From the NCBI GenBank assembly GCA_016746295.1, contig JAEAOA010000900.1, positions 2,618,807 to 2,682,806 on the forward strand: 64,000 nucleotides of DNA, given 5' to 3'. Both the position numbers and the translations under genes were made by a program. Source of the stretch: Potamilus streckersoni (taxonomy: Eukaryota). Shown piece by piece: positions 1 through 13,612 of the stretch. Within the stretch, counting starts at the first letter, position 1; each line of letters begins with the position of its first letter. The notes beneath the pieces were generated by a model. That model had not been told where the DNA came from. It was given only the letters and a program-made list of their open reading frames with translations, and ran no database searches.

Positions 1-1165
1 TTACCTTGAACTTTTCAAGCAATTAGCGTATTTGAGGATAGGTCGATAAATCATCCCCTCACCCAATATGATGTTGATTTTCGGGTTAGGAACTGATATC
101 ACCTATTCGTTGACAGCTGAAATTATTCACATCCACTTTTGTCTGCACAAATTTGTACATTTTATAAACTTGCCGATATTTCTCGTGGCTGTGGAGCTAT
201 CGTCGGCTGAAGAGTTCTTTTGGTGACATGTACATTATATTTCCGGGGCAAATTCTGTTTGGTGACTTGTAAATCCACAGTGAATAATACCACAACCATC
301 TGTCTTGTCGCCATTTTAAATTTAGCGCTAGATATGGCTGCTACCAATTACCTGTATGTGTCTAGAGTGCATACATAATTGTTCCGGAATGATTTGTACA
401 TAGCAAAATTGTACATTGTAATGAACAGATATCATACCTACATACCGTCCATCATTATCAACACAGATTTGAGGGTATTGATTTATCGAACTAATTTGCG
501 AACACCCCGCCGCCCCTTTCTAGCACAATGAACTGTTGGAGCTTTAGGGATGCTCTATCGTTTTGTCTAAATATAAAGACTCTAAATTTTGTCATTCATT
601 GTCCTTTCTTTTGTGTTTGTATTTATTTTCCCTACAAAAATCTAAGAATTTAGAGTTTATATTTCTGCTTTAATTTTTAAAATGGCCACACTTGAGTTTT
701 TGTGATAATACTCCCTTTCCTTCAGGCATATAATCCCGTTGAGATGATTTCCTTGCTTGTTTTTTCTTTAAAAAGTCCAAATTTTGAAGTCAAACACATG
801 CACACAATTCAATTGTATTAGTAACACTCACCTTCATTTAGTTATATTCCACGCGCTGCTTTTCCCTCTATTAGACTTGAAGCCGCGAATGCCCGCGGTA
901 ATTACTATTTTTGATTGTTATAGTTGACATAGTCATAGTTTCTTCCTAGGTTAATAGCGATGTTTATTAATTTGTCTGGTTGTATCTGAACATTATTAGC
1001 CATATTGTTTTTTGTTACGTTTATATTTGTACAAATTATACATGCTTTCATTTTCTTACGTCTATATATTTCTATACTTTCATTTATCGGAGGAGTTCCC
1101 AGAAAATGTAAAGAAAAACAAAATGCATTATTGCTGTGATTGCGCTTTTACTATAGTGTATGTCT

Positions 1166-1462
1166 GTGTTTGGATTTTTAACGTAGCTTTAACAATTTTT
1201 TTTTTCAGTCATATCGCTACAACGTCTGTAGTGGGGCAGGTTATATAATGTATATCACTTGGACATCGTGCCGCAGACATGTAGCGTAATGTCCCACCAA
1301 TTGACATTATTCTGAAACCAGGCCGACAAGTCCTAACACTATCCTCTTAATACTGAGCGTCAGGCAAGGCAACTGCTATTACCATTTTCATGTCTATGGT
1401 ATGACTCGGCCGGGGCTCAAACCTGCGACCTTCCGCGTCAAAGGCGGGTCTATGTAAGTTGC
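1166..1462 (-). mobile_element. tRNA-derived SINE, copy 1 (divergent head)
   Basis: Shares the roughly 300 bp consensus GGATTTTTAACGTAGCTTTAACAATTTTTCAG...CGCAGACATGTAGC..TGTCCCACC...CCTCTTAATGCTGAGC..GGCA(A/G)CTG... with five other copies in the window. The tRNA-like end contains GGTTTGAGCCC. Confidence 0.7.
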
Positions 1463-4400
1463 TTACTTTTCTCTCGAAAGTTCGAACATATGTTGGCACA
1501 CTGATATCACTCGCGGTAACCACCCCAAAAAAAACTTTCACTGACAGTTTTCAGTGAATTAAATATGTCAGTTTTCAAAAATTGGCCGGAGAAAATATGA
1601 ATGCAGTTTTCCTTTGACTTTTCATGCAAATATCAAGATCTCAATTCTAAAAGAAAGAAACGAAAATATTAATTTGTGTACAACATATTGAAATCTCTAG
1701 TTAATGGAAGATAAAAACATCCAAATTTAAGCTAGTGCTTTGATATTGATTGGAGTGTAAGAGAAGCGTGCTCCAATCAATAATTCATATCCTGAATATA
1801 ATAAGGACATTGAAATGAATTTAGATTAAGCATTTATTATTGTCCAGCTTTCACTTGGTAATGGAAAAAGCCTAATTAATAAGCCAGTTCAATCGGATAG
1901 AAGTCAAATAATGTTTTTTATCGCACCATTCAATCAATAAAAACTTATTAGATTTCGTTGTGAAGTTGGGAACAAAGTAATTGATAATCACCATAGGGTA
2001 TAATTAAATTAATTAGGTTTACAATGTGAATGACCACTGGAAGGTTATGGACATGATCCAAAAGGTCGTTACTTGGAAAAATACCGTCCACACTCACAAT
2101 CTACCCCCCCCCCACTAAAACTTGATATAAAGTTAAACCTGTCCTTGGAAAGCACGCGAGAATCACGCGTCATTTTAGACTAATATCTTTTGAGACTGGA
2201 TTTGGCACTTGTGATTAAACAGCTTCCAGAATATAAAAAGGCTTTGAGCTGTTTTGTTCTCAGTGAGATTCCATGCTCTCAAAAGAATATTATGTCTATT
2301 TCTTACAGGTAAGAAACTTATGCTTTATACTCGCTTTTGAAAGTTAAAGATTTTATAGTGAGTTGTGGTACTCTTCTGAATTATTTTTATTTCATTAATA
2401 TAATGTAATAGTGAGTTCTCTTTTCTACTATGAAATATTTTACTGATTTAATATTTTACTGAATTGATGTACATTGTATTTATAATATAATATTATTGAG
2501 TCCCCTTCTTCCACAATCATAATGTAATTTAAATATTTTACAGCTTCGCTGTTCATTAGTATTTGTTTGAAATAATTACTAGCTTCATGTTATAATTTAA
2601 TTGAGAATAAATATATATTCTTTAAATAATAAGTACAACATTCACAGATCTTTTTCAGGTCTTTACCTTACAATAAATAAAATAAAATACATTTATTACA
2701 GTTATTGAATTTTAGGCTCTTTAAATATTTAAATCACTTGTATTCAAAAATACAGAAAAATGAATGGACAAATGAAATACTAGATTGTGGAAGAACTATT
2801 TAATAAGTATTGTAATATGTATTGTATGTATTTTCAACATAAATAAATTTACATGTTGTATCTTTAGAATATGTATCTATATATATGTCAATAAAGTGAG
2901 ATTCCATGCTCTCAAAAGAATATTATGTCTATTTCTTACAGCGATCCCACCTCTTCGCAGTCAAGCATTCCCCACAAAAAGATGTAACCGTATCTACATC
3001 ATCATATGTGACACCTTATTCTTATGAATGCTGAACTTTCTGCCTTCTCGTAATTAGACACGAGAAGAAGGTTATGATAGAAACGTCTAAAAACAACATC
3101 AGACAATTTACATCATAATATAGTGGCGGAGAATCCAAATCCAATCCAAATTTTTCTATCATAATACAAATAACATAGGTCTTCACTCTAAACTCTTGTA
3201 TATCCGGCATATTTGTTATTATATACCATGTTTCTGTTTTCCCTCTGTTGTTTTGCAAGATTCAAGATTCACTAGGTCATACTACAGTAATATATACCAA
3301 GACAAAGTCTGTCACCTGAAACGCATTTACACATACTGTGTTTAGATTATATTTTGTACGTCTAGTCGACGCAGCAAATGGTATATAAATAATGCAATTC
3401 TCTGTGAATGGTAAAAAGATTTTGCGTAGATATAAAATACATAAAATGTTTGAATAGATGGATAATTACACCAAGGCTTGTCTAAATAATTTTCTCTTAA
3501 ATCATGATAATATTTACTAATGAAAATCGCATGATATTCATATTCTACAAAAGCCAAATTACTGCAATAAAAAATTACACAAACTATACGAAGCAGTAAC
3601 ACCATCATGTCGACCAATCTCCATAAACAGTTTACGACTTGAACATCTGAATCTCAAAAAACTTTACAGGCATAAATTGATAAATCTCTGGAGGATACTT
3701 CTCAACAATTAAAAACGTTTTATAATTTTACTAAGACATATTTTGCCAACCGCGTGATTATCATGGTAGGTTTGACTTGTACAGTCCTTCACTATTTGAG
3801 AGAATGCTGTTACAAATACACTCTACGCTAATATATTACACACCTAGAGTTGTTGTTTTGCAAGCATACAGTAACATGTTTATTCTGTATATGCCTACAA
3901 ATTACTTTCTGATCTTATTACAAAATACATGCACAGTATTATTTCAAAACCTCGTTAGCATGCTTCCGCGTTTGCAAGTTTCTCGTTCAAAGGACATCAG
4001 CCACATCATAAAAACAAAATATCGTTGTTAATCAGGACAGAGTTTGAAATAATGATTTTTACTCAATCTAGATATCTTTCGCTCGATTTTAATGTATGCG
4101 ATTTCTCAAAATAAATACCGTTAAATCAATGTTGAATATTAATGTGCGTACCTGTGCGAGTGTTTGCTTCAGACGAAAATAGATTAATACTTGTATTAAC
4201 AAAAAGTCTCAAAAAACAAAGTAAATTATCGTGCTACAACTTAATAAAACCAAATAGTGCCAGTAGAACAAATATAAATATACTTATATGATACCAAACG
4301 CACGAACTAATAAATACAAATTTAACTTTTTTTCTTCCAAAAATAACCAAAGATTGGAATTCATTACCACAAAGATTATTACCAACTGCCAATCACTCAG

Positions 4401-4512
4401 AAACTCAAAAACTTCTAAAAATGAAAAGACACATTTAGTTTTCTAAATTACGTTGTTCTTACAAAGGATAACCGTGCATGTGCAAAATTCTCATTACTAG
4501 TGTAGCGCCGAT

Positions 4513-4514
<2 letters not shown>

Positions 4515-4602
<88 letters not shown>
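4515..4602. repeat. (GA)n microsatellite, ~44 units
   Basis: Direct read. Confidence 0.95.
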
Positions 4603-4605
<3 letters not shown>

Positions 4606-4612
4606 CCTTTAC

Positions 4613-4762
4613 CCAGCACCAATTATTGACGGTCTGGAAATATTCATCTTGATAGTCAAGATACTCTGCAAATTTATAAACCCCGTATGCTAGTGCAACA
4701 GTTGCGGCACCTGCGGCGAAGTAGAATTCTTTAGTGTCCATCAAATCCTTCACACCCCCCAT
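4613..4762 (-). CDS. Possible first coding exon of a small single-pass membrane protein (MGGVKDLMDTKEFYFAAGAATVALAYGVYKFAEYLDYQDEYFQTVNNWCW)
   Basis: ATG in good context (A at -3, G at +4). The hydrophobic stretch FYFAAGAATVALAYGVY looks like a transmembrane helix. A TGG|GTAAAG donor lies just before the (GA)n microsatellite, which the raw ORF otherwise reads through. I recognise no homologue. Confidence 0.3.
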
Positions 4763-5895
4763 GATTTGATCAGCGGTTGTTACGCGGGCCACGTGGGTCT
4801 ATTGTTGACGATATGCAAATCACGTGATTTTGTATCTGTGCATGCTAAATGGAAATCTGATCATGGCTTTCGATTTTTTTTTGTTAAATATCATAAATGC
4901 AACTTAGAATATGTTCAAAAATGCAATAAGGACTTTAGTTGAAGAAAATTGATTTAACAACATTAAATAAAACAACAGAGTCAGCTGCGAGTCTTTAAGT
5001 TGAACTTAGCAAGGAAATATACTTCTGTGGACCAGTCTAGAGTTTCGAGGTAAAACGGGGTTAACTTTATTTCTGTATCAGCAGTACATTTAAAATTTTT
5101 CAGCAACATAATTTTCCTATTACTAATTAAGGATAAAGAATAATTCACTTTGTAGGTAAGTTGAAAGCGGACTACCGTGGATGATGTGACGAATAACTTC
5201 TGTCTATGAGCACCATCATCGGGATTTTATCCAGTTCTTGCTATCTATAATTTGTACCAATATATAGACGCAGTAGTCGCACATATTTATCATAATAATC
5301 ATAGACCATTTTTAAATTTTATAAAGTAGTCCAAAAATTGATATGTCAAAAATATTAATATTCGTTATTAAAATGGTTGTCCTAACGTAGTTGAAAAATT
5401 TATGCTGCTTACCCGCAAACATCTTCGCTAGCAAAAGGTTCCGTTAATTATCTGAACCGTGGCTAGCGAAGATACCGTAACATTCGGTGTCTGTACCTAT
5501 TAATAGGTTATTTACTGGTCTTAAATTAAATATAAATTGTTTTAAAATGTAATTCTTATTATGTTTAACCAAAGTCTGTTCAATCCCGGTTATTTAATTT
5601 TCTGCACTTCAACTGTCATCAATAAGCTTCCAGACGAAAATTATAGATGTTTATAATAGTGGGAAGGTACAAAATTAGGTCATGAAAATAAACACGTCGA
5701 GTTTAACCCACACAGTTTAGGATACTGCAAATTTGTTTTTCGACGTGCGTAGCTTTTATTGTGACCTGACAACACTCGAATTCAATTCGGATAGTATTGG
5801 ATCACGCCATAAATTGATCTCGTCCAAAAATGCCCCAAATACATGAATATTGATTTGCCATAGTGTGTGTGTGTGTAAATAGAAACAATCCTAAG

Positions 5896-5898
<3 letters not shown>

Positions 5899-5991
<93 letters not shown>
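5899..5991. repeat. (TA)n microsatellite, preceded by a short (TG)n
   Basis: Direct read. Confidence 0.95.
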
Positions 5992-5993
<2 letters not shown>

Positions 5994-7857
5994 GGATCCA
6001 AGTAAAGTCAATAACTGATATTTAAAGGTATGTTGAATAAAATTCTAAAAAAATTTTTTTTACAGCTGTCAATGAAATATTCAGCTTTTAATGCCTACAT
6101 GACCTATATAACTTTCTTTTTATAGAATGGAATACATAACCACCTGTGAACTATCTTTGTATTTCGATATATGCCTTCTTTTTCTTTACATATATTTTGA
6201 TTCTGAAATTAGAATTAGTCATTTGTGATATTATGGTAGTTATAAATTATGAGATTATATTCAGTTTTTTTTTTCTTCTGATTTCTGGTTATTCTTTCAG
6301 AGCTCAGTATTAGGATTTGTTTTCCTTTCTAACTCAAGAGGATCACCAAAATAAAATTTGAACAGATCCTGCTTAAATCAGAAGCCAATTAATTCAGCAT
6401 TTATTAGCCATTAGCATCAACTCAAAGCTGTAACAACTGAATTTCACTACCAACTATTACAAATGAAGCACTATGCACTTAAATATTTCTCTAAACACTG
6501 AGGATACAAAGTGAACAGTGTCACAGCCCTTCTTGTGTCATAATTAACCATTTGTATTCATTTTCCCATTATTTTAGGTAATTTTGTCCTGAATATGTTT
6601 GCAGCAACTCTCGTCATGTTGTTCCATCCATTTCTGTTGTGCAAATACTTCTGTTTGCAGTTGTCAACATACAATGCACTGAATGATATAGCTGTAATCT
6701 GTGTATGTAGACAGTGTCTACACAATGCACTCATTGTTTATCAACATTGATACAGCTGTAGTTTATGCAAGGCCCCCCCCCAAACACTGTGTTTTCTGTT
6801 GCATTGGTTTTAAAATTAGGGTAGGTAGGTATTTTTTTTAAAAAACATATACATTATAATGATTAGTATATATTTAATGTACTAATTGCTTCAACTACTG
6901 GGCTAAAGCGGCTCAATTTTTTTAAAAATATTTTTTTTTGTACTGGGGGAAAAATGTGCTAGGGTTGGCAATGAAAATCAGAGATAGTCAACTGATCAGA
7001 AATGCAGTTGTTTTTTTTGGGGGGGTAGTGTCCAGGTAATTGACATTTTACAGTATTGTTTATGTTGTGCTCATCAAAAGTACAGTGGCACAAATACAAG
7101 TTGTAACAACCAAAGGAGCTAAATTAAACTTTAACTTCTCTCTCTCTCGACATGCTAATCTATACCCTATTTTAAATTTTCTTGGGTAACTCCCATGTTA
7201 AATCAAAGGGATGTTATATTTTTTACAGAGTGTAACTAGAGATTCACATAAGAGGAGTGGATCTTAAGCAAGAAATTTGTCCTGATAATATTTAATTGAA
7301 TTGATAATTTAGAATTTTGCTGAAGACAGTTTTTGGTCTGGATTATGTTATGTATATTTAATTTTTTTTAAATTTCATTACATGTTATTCTAATATAACA
7401 TTGGTTGCTGGACATGACCTTGTCCAACATTGTATTCATTTCTGCTTGACATGATTGATTTTTTTTTGTTTCATATATGTAAATAACTAATAATAGCTTC
7501 ATTATTCTCAATCTATATGAGTTTATTATCAGGATTATTATTCAGGTAATTAAAGTAAGTAAATATGTTGATCAGGGTCAGGGTTTTGGAGATTCCTAAG
7601 ATAATTTTGTAGGCTATTGTGTTGTTAACAAACAAGGCTCATTTTATCATTCTAGAAGGTTATTTTCCCTTAGGTAAAGGTTGTTTTTAGAAAATGCTAA
7701 TTGTGACCTGAGATCAAGCAGAGAACTATATTATCTTGTGACCGTGAGGATTTTACCAGTGGTGCTTTAACATCTAGCACTTTATTATGGTTTATTAAGT
7801 TGTGACCATTTTGGGCAGAATTTTATTTTTTTTTATAAATTAATGACAACATTTTGC

Positions 7858-9905
7858 CTCAACATGAAGATGATTAAAAAAAAGCCTGACCAACCAATAA
7901 TCAGGTTTGACCTTGAAATATTGAAAAATCCAAAAGTTGCAGAAGCCTTCCAAGCAATGATAGGTGGTAAATTTGCACCTTTGATAACCCTGGGCAACCA
8001 AGACTGACCTAGAGTCCTTAATAGTAGCCACATTCAACACAGCTGTGACTAGCACAGCTAGTGAGATCATTGGCAAATACCATTCAAATAAAGAAACATT
8101 GGGTCACAACAGAGGTCACAACAGATTCCTTGAACTATGTTACAGAAAAAGAGAACTGAAAAAGGGAAAAATCGATCATAAAGGACCTAGAAAATACAGA
8201 GATAAACATGATCAGGAAAAGCATGAAAAAGACAAAAGAATCCCTGATAGAAAGACAATACCACAAAATCAAAGACAATCTGAATAGAAATGACAGGAAA
8301 ATGGTTTATCAACTGGTGAAAAATCTCACAACCCATAAACAAGGGAAAAGTACCACTATCCAAGACAAATCAGGAAAGTGACTCACAGAAGATCAAGAGA
8401 TCCTCAAGTGATGGACAGATTACTGCTCATAATTGTGCAGTCATAAGAGTCAAGGAGATTCTGCAGTACTAAATTACCCTCAGGCAGAAGAAATTGATGA
8501 CAACCCCATTTTTGTGAAGGAGTAGAAATTGCAGCTAGGTCACTAAAGAAAGAAAAGTCAGCCAGCATTGACAACATACCAGCAGGAGGAGAAGAGATAG
8601 TCACAGTCATAACAACAATCTGCAACAAGATAATGCAGGCAAGAGAATGGCCCACCGCATGGATTCGGTCCTTGGTCATCATGCTGCCCAAAAAAGGAAA
8701 CCTACATGCTAAAACTACAGAACCATCAGTTTGATCAGTCACCCAAGCAAAGTCATGCTGAAGATTATTCTCCACAGACTAAAGCCTCAAGCAGAGAAAA
8801 TTATTGCTGAAGAGCAGGCAAGCTTCCAAGCAGGAAGGAACACCAAAGAATGAATCTTCTATCTCAGACACCTTTGCAAAAAATACCTTCAGCATCAGCA
8901 GAATCTATACCACGTCTTTATAATAAGATTTTAAAAAGGCTTTTAACATGCAGCATTATGGGCAACTATAATGACAAATCCATCAGTGCTATTCTCATCA
9001 ATGGTGGCAGAAGAGATTGGTTTTGAGCAACAGTTGGAGTTAGACAGGGATATATATTGTCACCTACACTCATCAACATTTTCCTGGAATCTTGGAGAAT
9101 GCCTTTCATGACCACGAGGACACTGTCAGCATTGGAGGAAGAACACTCACTAACCTTTGGTTCACAGATGATATATGATGGTTTGGCAGGAGATGAAAAA
9201 GAACTGGCTGACTTGGTTGAGTGCCTCAACACAATCTCCACAGCATATGGTATAGAGATTAGCACAAAAAAACCACACACTTTTGACAAAAAACACCAAT
9301 GGCATCAGTGCAGAAATAAAGGTCAGTGGACAGAAGAAGTCACAAGCTTCAAGTACTTGGGATCAATTATCACAGATGAGGGTTCCAAACCAGAACTACT
9401 TTGCAGGATTGCCCAGATGACAGCAGCAGTAACAAGGTTGAAACCAATATGGAAAGATACCATCATTGCTTTTGGTTCCAAAAAAAGGCTGATGTGCTCA
9501 ATTGTCATATCCATCTTTCTCTCTGCTTGTGAAACATGGGTGCTAACATCAGATCTACAAAGCAGGATTCAAACCTTCAAAATAAAATGCTGCCACAAGA
9601 TCTTGGGCATCTCGTACATTGCCCATGTAACCAATGAAGAAGTCCTTAATAGGATCCAATGAACCATTGGATCCTATGAAGACCTCTTGACTTACTGTAA
9701 AAAAGCTCAAACTGAAGACGTATGGTCACGTCTCAAGATCATCTGAACTGGCAAAAACAATCACAAAAAGAGGTAGGAAGATAACATTAAGGAGTAGACT
9801 GGCATGGGATTTGGAGATTCCCAAAGGGCAGTAGAGAACAGGGTAAGATGGAGAGAATAGGTTGTAAAGTCAACTGTGGTACTATGGTGCCCCAACAACC
9901 TCTCT
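7858..9905 (+). mobile_element. Decayed non-LTR retrotransposon (LINE) fragment, RTE/CR1-like: ORF2 linker, reverse transcriptase and C-terminal tail, with frameshifts and stops
   Basis: Translation across frames shows LINE ORF2 motifs: ...IGGKFAPL..., KKEKSASIDNIPAGG..., CHLHSSTFSWNL (compare the consensus LSPLLFNI), FTDDI..LAGDEKELADLVECL...YGIEISTKKP (the FADD region), KYLGSIITDEGS, and the C-terminal block ILGISYIAHVTNEEVLNRIQ ... RSRLKII. The reading frame is interrupted several times. Confidence 0.7.
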
Positions 9906-9918
9906 GGTTAAGGGGTTG

Positions 9919-10218
9919 AGTGTGTAATTTTGGATTTTTAACATAGCTTTAACAATTTTTCAGTCATATTGCTATGATGTCTGCAATGAGGTAGTTTATA
10001 ATGATGTATAGCACTGGGGCATCATGCAGCAGACATGTAGCATGATGTTCCATCCAGTCGCATTATCTTGACAATAACCTCTTAATGCTGAGTGACAAGC
10101 AAGGCAGCTATTAGTACCAGTTTTGTAAGGATTTGGTATGACTCAGCCAAAGATCGAACTTAAGATCTCCCACATCTGAGGCAGACGCTGTAACCACTAG
10201 GCCACTGGAGCAGTATGG
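9919..10218 (-). mobile_element. tRNA-derived SINE, copy 2 (full length)
   Basis: Same family. The reverse-complement head reads GGCCTAGTGGTTACAGCGTCTGCCTCAGATGTGGGAGATCTTAAGTTCGATC, which is tRNA-like with A and B boxes. The tail ends in ...AAAATTACACAC. Confidence 0.8.
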
Positions 10219-11625
10219 TTAAGGGATTGATGGTGGTGATGATAATTTTTAATTTCTTAACATTATTGAATTTAAGTGGAAATACAAAACTGCTCTTACA
10301 AAATTCTTGGATTAAGACATTCATTTGAATTTATACTGAACTCAAACCTGGAATAATATTAGCACATCAGCACATCGCAAGCCATAACAGAGATGTCATC
10401 GCCTTCAATTTTGGATCTCTTTCGGACTTGAACTGACTTTTATTCATAACTTTTAAGTACTAGGACTTGTGCCTTTAATTCTTGGATTATTTTTGGATTT
10501 AAGTCACAATACTGTATGTTATTTTTATCATTTTTCACTTTGCAATCTGGGGAAATATATTTTTTGCTAAATTTTACAAAAGGTCATTGTCTTCACTCTT
10601 TTCTGTTACTTTGTTTAAGAGCATATACTTTTAACAGTTAGAACTTTATATGCAAAGAGTTTAGATGATAGGAAAGTATCTATAAACGTAGTACCATTAT
10701 TTTAAATCATCCATAAGTAACATATTACAGAACTGAAATGTTGTACACGATTAGTAGGTAATCTGAACTTAAAATACTGCTTCTCATCTACAAACTATGG
10801 CATCTTGGCTTGGATTCTTTATTATTGTTGATAAACCATTGATTAATATTAGTTATTTTAATTATGTTGTATTGACTTACAGTATTCTCCATGTTCAAAC
10901 AGTTAGTGAAATTAGATGATTTAACACCAAACTTGAAATATAGACCACAAGCTCTTACATGGGTAGATCTGAATGCCTTAACATTTATTCTACCACCTTT
11001 ACCTGATTTCATACAGAAGACTAATTAGCATTATAGTACAGTGCAGGTAAACTTTTAATTGACTGTAAGGCAACCAACATATAAGCAGGTAGATCATAAC
11101 ATGTTCTGTAGGTAATTAAGCTCTCACATGAATGCACATTTGTATCACTGTGATGGTTGATTTACACTCTTAATGTTTGAATACAAAAGGGCATACAGTA
11201 TTATATTTCTGATCATTACACTTAATAAACTGAATTAGGAGTTAAAACTGAAACACAAATTTAACTCGACAAATTGTATTTAATTGGAATTTCATAAATA
11301 ATTACCACTAGTAGGCATTAGCACCATTTTTGTTGATCAATAAGTTAAGGATATTTTAATGAATATTTTAATTGTATTTTGTTAATTACAATGTACTGAA
11401 AGTTTTTTCTTAATAGAGAAATGTAGCAAAATATGAATTATTAAAAGGTATGATTTTAATGAATTTCATTCAGATTTATTTGCACTAAACCGTTTTCAAC
11501 AATAATATGATGATTATGTCAATGTTTCATATACTAATGTTGATTGAAGTTTTTATTCTCATTCGGCATATAGAGGTCTTTTTTTGGGTAATATTAAATA
11601 ACGAGAAATGGGACCCATATCACAA

Positions 11626-11777
11626 GAGTCTGTAGTTTTATCAATAAAGCACAACAAAATTTCTGACTACATGAAATCACCATAATGGTATTATAAAATA
11701 TTATTTTATAATACTGTTAAGGTGATTTCATGTAGTCAGAAATTTTGTCGTGCTTTATTGATAAAACTGCAGACTCC
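11626..11777. mobile_element. Palindromic MITE / foldback element, copy A (~150 bp near-perfect inverted repeat)
   Basis: The left arm AGTCTGTAGTTTTATCAATAAAGCACAACAAAATTTCTGACTACATGAAATCACC is the reverse complement of the right arm with 2 mismatches. The central loop is AT-rich. Confidence 0.7.
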
Positions 11778-13456
11778 AGTGCCCACATCTACTCTTACAT
11801 TATAGGTGAGTTTACAAATCCAGTAAACCCCTATCCCCACCAAGTTTCTTTATAAGTATAAATTGGACCTCGTGTTACTCCCCACACACTAAAACCCATA
11901 CTCATTTTTTTCCAGACTAGATTATTACCAAATGTCATACAAGTCTGCCTCTGTAGATGAGGTCTTTCTTTTCTAATCAATAAAAATAAATTCACATAAT
12001 TTATGTGTCTGTCCGTCTTTTAACATATAAACTTTTGTACTGGATTGAATTTTAATTGTTATTACTACTTTTATAACTACCTGTCAAAGTCAACTTTAGT
12101 CCTGCAACGTAAGCCCCATCACCCAGATATTTTTCTTTTGGATGGGTGATGGGTCTTACTGTCTGACTAATGGCGCTGTGAAGCGTGTTTTGATGTCGAT
12201 TAACAATGTAACGAAAGTCAAATTTTCAGGAATATCAAAAACAACTGGCAACCAATAACGACGCCTTTCTAGAGTTACAATATTTTTGTCAGAATTAACT
12301 TGATGTCTTTTCGCCAATAAATTCAAATTCTCATCAAAGAAATGGAGTTGGCTGGAATGCAAAGAAAGCCAGGAATGCCGAAATTGGGAAAGGTTAAAAT
12401 ATAATTCTTTAATGAAATGAATAAAAAAAAATATAATATGCTGAATAGAACTATGCTAAATACGAAACTGTAGAGCGCCACTCAAGAAACATATCCTCCA
12501 CATAAGGGGGCAGGGGCCAGTTGTTATGTACAAATTTAATGCCGCAATCAGTGACCTAGTACAAAAAATCATAAAAAATCAAATACACAAGTGAGGTCAA
12601 GAATGTCCTTATTTTGAGATACCTATATTAAAACAAAGCATAAAAATATTATCCACTTGACCAGAGAAGTCAGTGGCAGTTCATAGCAGATGAAGTTTAT
12701 GCACCCCAACCCCAAATTTATACCTGCGATTTTCATGTCCGAAGGTCATTTTTGACACCATGTGGTACTCACAGTGCAAACACAAGCCCTTTTCCTAGAT
12801 TACAATTCTGCCAAACAGTGTGTACTAAACAGGCTGATGCAGTTGAAAATAGTTGTCATCCAAGCCGTTTTTGAGATATGCTCCTTGTCCCAAACCCACA
12901 TGTTTACTGTTACGAGAGGCTAGCTCTTCTTCATAGACAACTATTAGTATTTAACTATCAACATATTGCAGAGTAACTATGGAAGGTGTACATGCCTGAC
13001 ATCAATTTCAAGAACAACACAAGCCCGAAACACCTAAGTCACAAATATATCCATATATTTAATTAGTAGACAATAATTGCTGAAAAAGTTACACCATAGC
13101 CTTAAGTTAAGAAATTTGCCAGGGGCCAAATTACGAAACTGTACCCTGCCTCCAAAACCTAACTGAAATACTTCGGCATACCTCAACTACCGTCGCATTG
13201 CAACAAATTCAAATGTATGTCAACGGAATATGAAAATGCGTCCATTTACTAGTGTCATATTTTGATTCCACCAGGATGAAGACAAAACAGTAAGTATATT
13301 AATTGCACATAAGTTAGTGGATGAGTGTCGATATAGGCTGCCAAGGGTGAGATATTCCTGAAACTTGACTTCTCGTTCCTATGTCAACGACATCGTAAAA
13401 GGCTATGTAAGGCCATTATGAGGGTAGTAAGACATAGCACCAAAACAAAAACATGC

Positions 13457-13612
13457 CACAGGAGTCTGCAGTTTTATCAATAAAGCACGACGAAATTTCT
13501 GACTACATGAAATCACATTAACGATGTTATAAAATAATATAATACCATTAATGTGATTTCATGTAGTCAGAAATTTTGTCGTGCTTTATTGATAAATTTG
13601 CAGACTCCTGTG
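13457..13612. mobile_element. Palindromic MITE / foldback element, copy B (same family as 11626-11777)
   Basis: Arms CCACAGGAGTCTGCAGTTTTATCAATAAAGCACGACGAAATTTCTGACTACATGAAATCACATTAA and their reverse complement. About 90% identical to copy A. Confidence 0.7.

Noticed and set aside
1347-1541. ORF and tRNA-like sequence (GGTTTGAGCCC, TAGTGGTTAGAG) that might be called as tRNA genes at several positions
   Set aside because: Each lies at the head of a ~300 bp SINE copy with a conserved non-tRNA body and CA tail. The acceptor stem and cloverleaf are incomplete. They are SINE promoters, not tRNA genes.
5802-6011. Six-frame ORFs composed mostly of YIYIYI, SLSLSL, CVCVCV or HTHTHT runs (e.g. 5802-6011, 15910-16113, 38399-38632, 40448-40690, 60323-60554, 62860-63213, 63403-63985)
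   Set aside because: These are translations of (TA)n, (CT)n and (CA)n microsatellites. They are not coding.
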